Source of the DNA: Candidatus Veblenbacteria bacterium
Lineage (GTDB): Bacteria; Patescibacteriota; Patescibacteriia; Veblenbacterales; UBA10138
NCBI GenBank assembly: GCA_037439965.1
Contig: JBBIVB010000002.1
Span: 1 to 61,411 of the forward strand
DNA length: 61,411 nucleotides
Reading direction: 5' to 3'
Position numbers and translations under genes: made by a program. Position 1 is the first letter of the stretch, and every line of letters starts with the position of its first letter. Positions 36,003 to 44,321 of the stretch are shown here, piece by piece. The notes beneath the pieces are model-generated. The model did not search any database. It was not told the origin of the DNA and saw only the letters and a program-made list of their open reading frames with translations.

Positions 36003-37880
36003 GTGGCTTTATTTGCTAAAAAAGTTAAAAGAGAATTAAAAGCGTCTGCAGCCCCTGTTAAGGCAGAGTCTGAATTGGTGGGTAGAGAGTTGGTGGAAGC
36101 AGAACGAGTTTTGCGCGAAGGAGTAATTAAGGTTCGCGATTTAATCAGCCCTTCTTCTTTTAGGGTAGAACCTAACCGAGTAGAGCTTAATGGTATAATG
36201 GTGCGCACTATTTTTGTATTAAGCTATCCACGCTATATTTCAGTTGGTTGGTTTTCACCAATTATTAATATGAATGTAACGCTGGATGTAGGGATGTATT
36301 TTTATCAAGTGCGGCCAGAAATAATTTTAAAACAGTTACGCAATAAAGTGGGAGCGCTAGAAGCACAAATTATTGCCGATCACGAAAAAGGAGCGCCCCG
36401 TGACCCTATTACCGAAACGGCTTTAAAGGATATTGAACAGTTAAGAGATGATTTGACCCAAGGTATTGAAAAGTTTTTTCAATTTGGTTTGTATGTGACA
36501 GTTTATGCCAAAGATTTAAAAGAGTTAGATAAAGTTTCTGAACAAGTGGAAGCTGCCTTTGGCTCCAAGTTGGTGTATTCGCGTCGGGCCTTGTGGCAAG
36601 TAGAGCAGGGCTTTAATTCCACCCTACCATTAGCCAATGATGAATTGCAGATTTACTTTAATATGAATACTTCACCGATTGCTTCTTCATTTCCTTTTAT
36701 GTCTTCCGAATTAACTTCTGATAATGGGATTTTGTATGGTATCAATCGTCACAATAACAGTTTGATTTTATTTGATAGATTTTCTTTACAGAATGCTAAT
36801 GCTGTTGTTTTTGCAACATCAGGTGCTGGTAAATCTTATGCAGTTAAATTAGAAGTTCTGCGTTCTATGATGATGGGTACCGATGTTATAATTATTGATC
36901 CGGAAATGGAATACAAACATTTAACTGAGGCTGCTGGTGGTGCTTATATAAATATTTCTTTAAATTCCCAATCACATATCAATCCTTTTGATTTACCAAG
37001 ACCAGTGGGTGAAGTATTGGCTGGTGATATTATTCGTTCAGCGGTGATTACTTTAAAAGGTTTAATTCGTTTAATGTTGGGAACTTTAACTCATGAGGAA
37101 GATTCCATCATTGATCGTGCCTTACTTGAAACTTATGCCAAAAAAGATATCACTAGTCAAAGCGATTTGTCGCGCGTAGAGCCGCCGCAAATGTCCGATT
37201 TAGAAGAAGTGTTGTCTGGTATGGTAGGCGTTGAAAATTTACTTATTCGTTTACAGAAATTTACTAAAGGAACCTTTGCTGGTTTATTAAACAATCCTAC
37301 TAATATTGATGTTAAAAATCAGTTAGTAGTTTTTTCAGTACGTGATTTGGAAGATGAGTTGCGGCCTATGGCTATTTATACCATTGTTAATTACATTTGG
37401 AATGTAGTGCGGTCAGAAATGAGAAAGAGAATTATGGTAATTGACGAAGCTTGGTGGTTAATGCAAAATGAAGATAGTGCTAAATTTATTTTTGCTTTAG
37501 TTAAACGTTGCCGTAAATACTATTTAGGTGTAACTACCATCACTCAAGATGTAAATGATTTTTTAACTTCACCTTATGGTCAAGCTATAGTTACTAATTC
37601 TTCTTTACAATTATTACTTAAGCAATCTCCAGCTGGTATTGATAAAATAGCAAAAACTTTCTTATTAACTGAGGGTGAAAAGTATTTGCTTTTAGAGTGT
37701 GGCATAGGCGAAGGAATTTTCTTTGCTGGCTCTAAACACGCGGCTATTAAGATAGTGGCTTCTTATACCGAGGATCAGTTAATTACTTCTGACCCGAGGC
37801 AATTATTAGAGATTGAGCATGCCAAAAAAGAGTTTGAAGAAAGTTTAGCTCAAGAACAAAAGTTGGAAGCCAAAACTTAG
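36003..37880 (+). CDS. virB4: VirB4/TrbE/CagE-family T4SS ATPase
   Basis: Walker A FATSGAGKSYAVK, Walker B RIMVIDEAWWLM, and TTITQD downstream. GTG start. Confidence 0.8.
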   Translation: MALFAKKVKRELKASAAPVKAESELVGRELVEAERVLREGVIKVRDLISPSSFRVEPNRVELNGIMVRTIFVLSYPRYISVGWFSPIINMNVTLDVGMYFYQVRPEIILKQLRNKVGALEAQIIADHEKGAPRDPITETALKDIEQLRDDLTQGIEKFFQFGLYVTVYAKDLKELDKVSEQVEAAFGSKLVYSRRALWQVEQGFNSTLPLANDELQIYFNMNTSPIASSFPFMSSELTSDNGILYGINRHNNSLILFDRFSLQNANAVVFATSGAGKSYAVKLEVLRSMMMGTDVIIIDPEMEYKHLTEAAGGAYINISLNSQSHINPFDLPRPVGEVLAGDIIRSAVITLKGLIRLMLGTLTHEEDSIIDRALLETYAKKDITSQSDLSRVEPPQMSDLEEVLSGMVGVENLLIRLQKFTKGTFAGLLNNPTNIDVKNQLVVFSVRDLEDELRPMAIYTIVNYIWNVVRSEMRKRIMVIDEAWWLMQNEDSAKFIFALVKRCRKYYLGVTTITQDVNDFLTSPYGQAIVTNSSLQLLLKQSPAGIDKIAKTFLLTEGEKYLLLECGIGEGIFFAGSKHAAIKIVASYTEDQLITSDPRQLLEIEHAKKEFEESLAQEQKLEAKT

Positions 37881-37902
37881 AATCTAGAATATTTATTTTC
37901 TT

Positions 37903-38451
37903 ATGCCCAAATGGCAAAAATTATTAGGAGGAGCGTTATTGATAGCTGTTTTATTAACCGTTGCTTGGTTTTTAATTAATAAATATATATTAGTGGAAGA
38001 AAATACTAATATCAATATTAATCAGATAACTCAACCTGTAGATAATACCAATAATCAAACAGAGATCCCCATTACTATTAATAAAGAGGAGGCGGCTTTA
38101 CGCGCTTTAAGTTTGTTTTTTGCCAGCCGTTTTGGCAGTTATTCTACCACTTCTCAATTTTCTAATTTGCGGGAAATTGATTATTTATTAACCCAAAGGA
38201 TGCGCACTTGGGCACAAAATTATATTAATACTAGTCTAACTCCCCCTGGTTATTATTCAGTTATAACCAAGGGAATCAGTGCTAATATAAAATCTTTTAC
38301 TGGTAGCCAAGCCCAGATTTTAGTTGGTACCCAACGGCAAGAGATGTTTTCTGTAGGTGGTGAAATGCAATTTCGCTATCAAAACTTACTTTTAAAATTT
38401 ATTAAAGAAGGAGAGGAATGGAAAGTAGATGGCGCGGAGTGGCAGAAATAA
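37903..38451 (+). CDS. bitopic membrane protein, VirB8-like (NTF2-fold-sized) candidate
   Basis: One N-terminal TM segment followed by a ~120-aa domain ending KFIKEGEEWKVDGAEWQK. The assignment rests on topology and position only. Confidence 0.3.
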   Translation: MPKWQKLLGGALLIAVLLTVAWFLINKYILVEENTNININQITQPVDNTNNQTEIPITINKEEAALRALSLFFASRFGSYSTTSQFSNLREIDYLLTQRMRTWAQNYINTSLTPPGYYSVITKGISANIKSFTGSQAQILVGTQRQEMFSVGGEMQFRYQNLLLKFIKEGEEWKVDGAEWQK

Positions 38452-38517
38452 ATTTAAAATAACCTGTAATGCTGAATTTATTTCAGTATCTAAAATAGAT
38501 CCCGAAATGAGTTTGGG

Positions 38518-38546
38518 ATGACAAATACACAAAATAATTTTAATTT
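38518..38546 (+). promoter_or_regulatory. candidate promoter ATGACA-17-TAATTT
   Basis: ATGACA at 38518-38523 and TAATTT at 38541-38546, preceded by the hairpin ATCCC-GAAATGAGTTT-GGGAT. The module is paralogous to 21300-21387. Confidence 0.35.
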
Positions 38547-38571
38547 TTGATATTTAATTTAAATTTTTAAG

Positions 38572-38958
38572 ATGTCTGATTTAGATGAACAATTATACGA
38601 TGAGGAGTCGCAGAGACAAGCAGAGATTGAATTAGAAGCTGAGCGTCGCCAGGAAATGCAAGAACAACAAGCACAAGAGCAGCAGGCGCAAGCTAATCAA
38701 TCTGGGGTAGCTGGTTTGATAGGGCGAGCGGCAACCCAAGGCAAGGAGATGGTCAAACAAGAGGTGAAAAGAAGAATTAAGCGCCAAATTTTATTATGGA
38801 TCCTCTCTTTGTTGTCAAATCCCTACACCTGGTTGGCCATTGGTTTGATTTTTGTAGCGTTTTTATTAGAGTGGTGTAAAGATAATAAATTAGAATGCTT
38901 AAACCTTTTAGGTTCAGCCTTTTGGGATATAGTAAAATTCATATTTGGTTTAGATTAA
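38572..38958 (+). CDS. hypothetical protein (acidic/Q-rich N-terminus, C-terminal TM segments)
   Basis: 128-aa ORF within the operon. No motif recognised. Confidence 0.5.
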   Translation: MSDLDEQLYDEESQRQAEIELEAERRQEMQEQQAQEQQAQANQSGVAGLIGRAATQGKEMVKQEVKRRIKRQILLWILSLLSNPYTWLAIGLIFVAFLLEWCKDNKLECLNLLGSAFWDIVKFIFGLD

Positions 38959-38962
38959 TCTA

Positions 38963-40141
38963 ATGAGGAAGATAATTTATATAAAATTACTATTAGTTTG
39001 CTCTTTGGCTGTTTTTTATATTAGTTTGCCATTTATAGCTCAAGCCCAGCCAGCAGTCTTAAATCCTTGTTGGACTGAGAGTGAATGCGAATCGGCTGGA
39101 GGTTTATGGGGTAAAAGTACTGAAAAATATCCTGACGAAACGAGTGGTATCAGTGGTTTTGAATTAGATGATGGTAAAAGCAACTCTTGCCAAGATATTG
39201 ATAACCAAGACACAGCCAAATGTTATGCTAAGCCGCCTACTATTAAATTACAGGTGCCAATTCCGGGATTATCTCAAGAGTTTACCGGTGGCCTAGCGGT
39301 TTATATTTCCTATTTTTATAAATTTTTTATTTCAGCTATTGCCGTGATGGCTGTAGTAATGGTGATGTGGGGCGGTTTTAAACGGCTTTATGCCGCCGGT
39401 AGCCCAGATAAGATTAAAGATGCCAACGATACCATTGTTAGTGCCATCAGCAGTTTAGTTATTGCTTTATTATCTTATACCTTACTTAACTTAGTTAATC
39501 CAAAATTAGTTGATATTCCCGGACTTGCTATTGAAATGCCTAAAAGGCAAGGTTTTGGTGAATGGTGTGGGGATGATATTGAAAAGGCAAATCCTGCTAT
39601 GAGATGTGGGGATATTTATAAAGATCCAAACACTGGATATAAATGTAGAATTAGTACCTGTATGGATACGGGTACTGGTTGTTTTCCTGATCCAGACAAA
39701 CCAAAGACTAATAATTTTCTTTCTTACTCTTGTCAAGAAAATCATGTTGCTTGTAAAAAGGTTACTGATGAGAATGTTAAGCAATATCATGGTAACGCTA
39801 GCGAAGAGCATGATGTTTATGAATCAGCTTGTAATTCTTTCAGTAAAGATGAGGATATGTGTACTTGGGTTGAATATTATGGCCCAATGAGCAATGATGA
39901 TAAGTGTGAATGGTATTCAAAGGATTTCCGGGATCAATTTTGTAAAGGTAAGACAAAATGTGATGATTTTAATATATTTTTATGGGGTAATGGAATTCTC
40001 CCGACATTTGGGCCTAGTGGAACAGAATTTGCGGCGTGTCATAAAGATTGGTGTAATTTTGGTTGTAAGGTTTTTTGGATGGATCGTCAGGTTCCTTCGG
40101 TTCCAATTACTGTTATGGAATATTGGTATTGTTATGAGTAA
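38963..40141 (+). CDS. pilin-module protein fused to a cysteine-rich C-terminal domain
   Basis: Signal peptide, Cys-rich N-terminal segment, the module FYKFFISAIAVMAVVMVMWGGFKRLYAAGSPDKIKDANDTIVSAISSLVIALLSYTLLNLVNPKL, then about 200 aa with more than 20 Cys. Confidence 0.65.
   Translation: MRKIIYIKLLLVCSLAVFYISLPFIAQAQPAVLNPCWTESECESAGGLWGKSTEKYPDETSGISGFELDDGKSNSCQDIDNQDTAKCYAKPPTIKLQVPIPGLSQEFTGGLAVYISYFYKFFISAIAVMAVVMVMWGGFKRLYAAGSPDKIKDANDTIVSAISSLVIALLSYTLLNLVNPKLVDIPGLAIEMPKRQGFGEWCGDDIEKANPAMRCGDIYKDPNTGYKCRISTCMDTGTGCFPDPDKPKTNNFLSYSCQENHVACKKVTDENVKQYHGNASEEHDVYESACNSFSKDEDMCTWVEYYGPMSNDDKCEWYSKDFRDQFCKGKTKCDDFNIFLWGNGILPTFGPSGTEFAACHKDWCNFGCKVFWMDRQVPSVPITVMEYWYCYE
39312..39501 (+). 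repeat. 190-bp near-identical segment shared with 42041..42230
   Basis: Manual alignment finds 2 mismatches in 190 bp. It encodes the pilin-like two-helix module. The flanking coding sequence is unrelated. Confidence 0.85.
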
Positions 40142-40169
40142 TTGGTATTGTTATAATTATTAATGTGAT

Positions 40170-41435
40170 ATGTTAGAAAATCTAGATAAAAGAAAAATAT
40201 TTATTATACTCGCTATGGTGTTGATGGCGGTACTGATTATTGTCTTTTTGTATTTTATTTGGCGAGAGCCAAAAGTGCCAGTTACGCCTCAAGGTAATCA
40301 AAATGTGCCACCAGGACAACTGCCATCGGTAGGGCCGGGTAATGTAAATGTTGGTGGTCCGCCTTTGAACGCTAATTTACCGCCGGTTACCACTATTCCT
40401 AGTCAACCAACCGGTCCTGTTGCTAACCAGGTGTCGCCCGTAGCCACCGGTGGTTTAACCGCCAGTCCTCAAGTAGTTCCAGGTTCTGCTCAATTTCCGC
40501 TGGTTACTTCCAGCGGTACCCGATATTATAATCCTAGTGACGGTAAATTTTATCAATTATCTCCTTCAGGACCAGTGGCTTTAAATGAGATTCCTTATCC
40601 TGATGTACAAAATATAACCTGGTCGCAGAGAGGCCAAAGGGCGGTTTTAGAATTTCCTGATGGTGCTAATATTGTTTATGATTTTGATAGTAAAAAACAA
40701 TTTACTTTGCCAAAAGAGATGACCGAATTTTCTTTTTCGCCTAATGCTAATGAAATAGCTGGTAAGTTTTTAGGTGAACAGGAATCGGATAAATGGTTAG
40801 TGACTGTTAATAGCACTGGCTCTAATTTAAAGGGTATTGAACCTTTGGGTGACAATGCGGATAAAGTGGAAGTTAATTGGTCACCTCAAGGGCAGGTGGT
40901 AGCGTTGTCGCGTACTGGTGAACCTTTAAGTGGTTTGAATGAAGAAGTATTGTTAATTGGTTTACAAGGTGAAAATTTTAAGTCATTAGAAGTAGAAGGC
41001 AGGGGTTTTGCGTCACAATGGACACCTTCAGGCAATCAGTTACTGTATAGTATTTATAGTGAAAGAAATAATTTTAAACCAGAATTATGGGTAGTTGATG
41101 GTTCGGTAGATCAAATTGGTTACAATAAAAAATATCTTAGTTTACCTACTTGGGTTGATAAATGTACTATTACTGCCGATTCTAATACTGCTTATTGTGC
41201 AGTGCCACAAAATTTACCAGATGGTTCTGGTTATTTACGAGAATTAGCCAAAGGTTTGCCAGATTATTTTTATCGGGTTGATTTACAAAGCGGTACTAGT
41301 ACGCTAATTGCTGCTCCAGTGGCTGATAATAATTATGTTAGCGCAAGTAACCTAACTTTATCTAACGATGGTAGGATATTATATTTTATAGATGAGTTGT
41401 CCGGCACTTTACGCAGCTTGCAGTTGATGCCGTAA
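40170..41435 (+). CDS. membrane-anchored protein with Pro-rich linker and TolB-like beta-propeller repeats
   Basis: N-terminal TM segment, a P/Q/V-rich spacer, then repeated SP.G....F..-type blades (WSPQGQVVALS, WTPSGNQLLYS, LSNDGRILYF). Confidence 0.5.
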   Translation: MLENLDKRKIFIILAMVLMAVLIIVFLYFIWREPKVPVTPQGNQNVPPGQLPSVGPGNVNVGGPPLNANLPPVTTIPSQPTGPVANQVSPVATGGLTASPQVVPGSAQFPLVTSSGTRYYNPSDGKFYQLSPSGPVALNEIPYPDVQNITWSQRGQRAVLEFPDGANIVYDFDSKKQFTLPKEMTEFSFSPNANEIAGKFLGEQESDKWLVTVNSTGSNLKGIEPLGDNADKVEVNWSPQGQVVALSRTGEPLSGLNEEVLLIGLQGENFKSLEVEGRGFASQWTPSGNQLLYSIYSERNNFKPELWVVDGSVDQIGYNKKYLSLPTWVDKCTITADSNTAYCAVPQNLPDGSGYLRELAKGLPDYFYRVDLQSGTSTLIAAPVADNNYVSASNLTLSNDGRILYFIDELSGTLRSLQLMP

Positions 41436-41470
41436 GTTAAAATTTATAAGTTAGAATTTGTAATATTGTT

Positions 41471-41506
41471 ATATTTTGTGTTAGCTATATATTTTGTGTT
41501 AGCTAT
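41471..41506 (+). repeat. perfect 18-bp tandem direct repeat x2 (ATATTTTGTGTTAGCTAT)
   Basis: Read directly: unit 1 is 41471-41488 and unit 2 is 41489-41506. Confidence 0.85.
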
Positions 41507-41530
41507 AGTATTAAGATTAACAGGGAATTT

Positions 41531-41575
41531 AAGTAGATATTTTTAGACGATCGTCTAAAAATATCTACTTTTTGA
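41531..41575 (+). terminator. 40-bp perfect palindrome followed by a T-run (intrinsic terminator)
   Basis: AAGTAGATATTTTTAGACGA pairs with TCGTCTAAAAATATCTACTT, followed by TTTTG. Confidence 0.7.
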
Positions 41576-41631
41576 TTGGCACTTTTAATATCCTTTTTAA
41601 AATCAGTAGTTTTTGTTAAACTAAAGTTGTT

Positions 41632-42873
41632 ATGCGGTTAAGATATAATTTAAAATATAACTATTTTATCTGGCTAGTAATTATTTGGTTGGTGGCCGGT
41701 TTGTTTTTCCCCTTAACAGTTTTTGCCGATTGTATACCTGAAAATCAAGTAACCTCTCTCCCAGGAAGTACTACTTGTGCCGATATTCTTTGTTGCCCTG
41801 GATTAGATTGTGAACCATTTGTGAAAGAATCAAATTATAAAAGTGCCGAGGTACAAACCTCAATTACCACCCATTATGCTCGTTGTATTAAATCAGATAA
41901 TTCGCAAGGTAGTTATGAAGAAGAAGCCAAGCAGTCGTATGAAGTGAAATTTGTTCCGCAAATAACCATTCCTGGCAGTACTTTTACTAAAGGTCAGCCC
42001 ATTACCATTACAGGTGATACTTTAGCCCAGTATTTAGCTGATTTTTATAAATTTTTTATTTCAGCTATTGCCGTGATGGCTGTAGTAATGGTGATGTGGG
42101 GCGGTTTTAAACGGCTTTATGCCGCCGGTAGCCCAGATAAGATTAAAGATGCCAACGATACCATTGTTAATGCCATCAGCGGTTTAGTTATTGCTTTATT
42201 ATCTTATACCTTACTTAACTTAGTTAATCCTAAGTTGACCGAGTTTAAAACTTTAGAAATTTATACTGTGGGTAGAGAAGAATTCAGTTTGAATCCAGAG
42301 TGGAATCCAGAGTTACAATTAGCAGCCCAATCCGATCCCACTTCTTCTCTTTTTAATATAAAAACAATTGAACCCAATTTAGCTGTTGGTAATAATGTTA
42401 TTCCTAAGTTAAGAACCGAAGCAGCGTTAAATTTACATAAAGCCATGGAAATTTTAAGAAGCAAAGGTTATGGCGCAGTTTTGACTGAAGCCTATCGTAG
42501 TCCAGAAGAACAAAAAAGATTAATTAAAGAAAATTGCCAAAATCCACCAGGCAGCAAAACCTGCAATCCCAAGCCAGGTAAATCACCAACTTGTGTAATG
42601 AAAAACGGCCTCTATAGTTGCCCGCATTCTACTGGTTATGCTGTAGATATATGGGCGACCAAGAATTATGAATTGTGCATTGTACCACCAAAAAATAATA
42701 GCCTGACCTATTTTTGTTATAGCAAAGGTAAACCCGAGTGTTTACAAAATGAATGTCAGGCAGCTTTGATTGCTGCCATGAAAAAAGCTGGTTTTTGTAA
42801 TTTATGTTCTGAACCTTGGCATTTTGAGTACATTGGTGGTGATTATAAAGGTTCGCCGGGATGCACGTGTTAA
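41632..42873 (+). CDS. pilin-module protein fused to an M15 (VanY/LAS-type) peptidoglycan peptidase domain
   Basis: It carries the same two-helix module as 38963. The C-terminal domain has SCPHSTGYAVDIW (H-x6-D zinc site) and CSEPWHFEY, as in D-Ala-D-Ala carboxypeptidase / VanY-like M15 enzymes. Confidence 0.7.
   Translation: MRLRYNLKYNYFIWLVIIWLVAGLFFPLTVFADCIPENQVTSLPGSTTCADILCCPGLDCEPFVKESNYKSAEVQTSITTHYARCIKSDNSQGSYEEEAKQSYEVKFVPQITIPGSTFTKGQPITITGDTLAQYLADFYKFFISAIAVMAVVMVMWGGFKRLYAAGSPDKIKDANDTIVNAISGLVIALLSYTLLNLVNPKLTEFKTLEIYTVGREEFSLNPEWNPELQLAAQSDPTSSLFNIKTIEPNLAVGNNVIPKLRTEAALNLHKAMEILRSKGYGAVLTEAYRSPEEQKRLIKENCQNPPGSKTCNPKPGKSPTCVMKNGLYSCPHSTGYAVDIWATKNYELCIVPPKNNSLTYFCYSKGKPECLQNECQAALIAAMKKAGFCNLCSEPWHFEYIGGDYKGSPGCTC
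42041..42230 (+). repeat. 190-bp near-identical segment shared with 39312..39501
   Basis: See the partner repeat at 39312..39501. Confidence 0.85.
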
Positions 42874-42919
42874 TAAATGCAAAATGTAAAAATCAAAAAT
42901 CAAAATTATTTTATTATTA

Positions 42920-42948
42920 TTCAATATTATTCAATTTTAATCTATCAT
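42920..42948 (+). promoter_or_regulatory. candidate promoter TTCAAT-17-TATCAT upstream of radA
   Basis: TTCAAT at 42920-42925 and TATCAT at 42943-42948. It would give a ~29-nt U-rich leader without an SD. Confidence 0.35.
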
Positions 42949-42983
42949 TTTGCATTTTGATATTTACATTTTGATTTTTTGTT

Positions 42984-44321
42984 ATGGCTAAAGATAAAAC
43001 AATTTACACTTGTTCTACTTGTGATGCACAGTATCCTAAATGGCAGGGTAAGTGTTCTACTTGTGGCAAGTGGGGGACAATAAGTGAAACCCCAATTTTT
43101 TTATTTTCTGCCAAAGATTTACTCCAAGTATCATCAGTTAAGTTAGATTCAAAGCAAAATTATTTTAAACGCGAATCAACTACTATTAAAGAGTTGGATA
43201 GGGTTTTGGGTGGCGGTTTGGTAAATGGTTCTGTGGTATTGTTAGCGGGTGATCCAGGGGTAGGCAAATCCACTTTAGTATTACAACTGGCCGCCAATTT
43301 TCCCGATAAGATTTTGTATGTTTCTGGTGAAGAATCAGCAGAACAAGTAAGCGGTCGTTTGCGTCGCCTGAATTTACATCCAGAGAATTTGTCGTTTCTT
43401 AATGACCAAAGACTAGAGGCGATAATAAGCGCGGTTGAAAAAGATAAGCCCGGTTTGCTGATAGTTGATTCCTTGCAGACTATCTTAGCTTCTGATATTA
43501 ATGGCGCACCGGGGAATACCAATCAAATCAAAACGGTTACTGCTAAATTAGTAGAGTTGGCTAAGACCCGTAATCTAACAACCCTACTTATTGGACACGT
43601 TACCAAGGGGGGTTTGTTGGCTGGCCCAAAAACACTTGAGCATCTAGTAGATGTGGTATTGAGTTTTGAGAGCGAATCTTCATCAAACTTGCGTTTTTTA
43701 CGTACCAGTAAAAATCGTTTTGGACCCACTGATGAGGTTGGTATTTTTCAAATGGTAGAAAGCGGTTTGATTGAAGTTATTAATCTAGCTGCTGTTTTTT
43801 TAGCCAATCGTCATCAAGGACCAGGAGCTTGTTTAAGCAGCTTAACCCAGGGTTCGCGCAGTTTTTTTATAGAAGTCCAGGCCTTGGTGGCTTATAGTCG
43901 TTATGGTCAAGCTAGACGCACCGCCTCTGGCTTTGATTATAACCGTTTGCAATTATTGTTGGCGGTATTATCTGAAAAAGTCGGTATTAAATTATCATAT
44001 AGTGATGTTTATATTAATTTAGTGGGTGGTTTTAAATGTCGGGAACCTGGTTTGGATTTAGCTGTGTGTTTAGCATTAGCCTCGGCTTATAAAAAAAGAG
44101 CAGTGCCGCAAGATGTAGTGGTAGTAGGCGAGGTTGGTTTGGGTGGAGAAGTTAGGGGAGTGGGCAATTTAAATAAAGTTTTAGCTGAAGCGTCAGCTTG
44201 GGGTTTAAAACAGGTTATAACTTCTGGTTTGGATAATAAATTAAAATTACCCGCAGGGCTGAAGGTGATCAGCATAAAAAATGTAGCCGAAGTTATTAGG
44301 TGGTTAGACAATCAACTATGA
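42984..44321 (+). CDS. radA: DNA repair protein RadA/Sms
   Basis: Zinc ribbon CSTCDAQYPKWQGKCSTCGKWG, Walker A GDPGVGKST, KNRFG, and a Lon-like C-terminus. Confidence 0.9.
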   Translation: MAKDKTIYTCSTCDAQYPKWQGKCSTCGKWGTISETPIFLFSAKDLLQVSSVKLDSKQNYFKRESTTIKELDRVLGGGLVNGSVVLLAGDPGVGKSTLVLQLAANFPDKILYVSGEESAEQVSGRLRRLNLHPENLSFLNDQRLEAIISAVEKDKPGLLIVDSLQTILASDINGAPGNTNQIKTVTAKLVELAKTRNLTTLLIGHVTKGGLLAGPKTLEHLVDVVLSFESESSSNLRFLRTSKNRFGPTDEVGIFQMVESGLIEVINLAAVFLANRHQGPGACLSSLTQGSRSFFIEVQALVAYSRYGQARRTASGFDYNRLQLLLAVLSEKVGIKLSYSDVYINLVGGFKCREPGLDLAVCLALASAYKKRAVPQDVVVVGEVGLGGEVRGVGNLNKVLAEASAWGLKQVITSGLDNKLKLPAGLKVISIKNVAEVIRWLDNQL

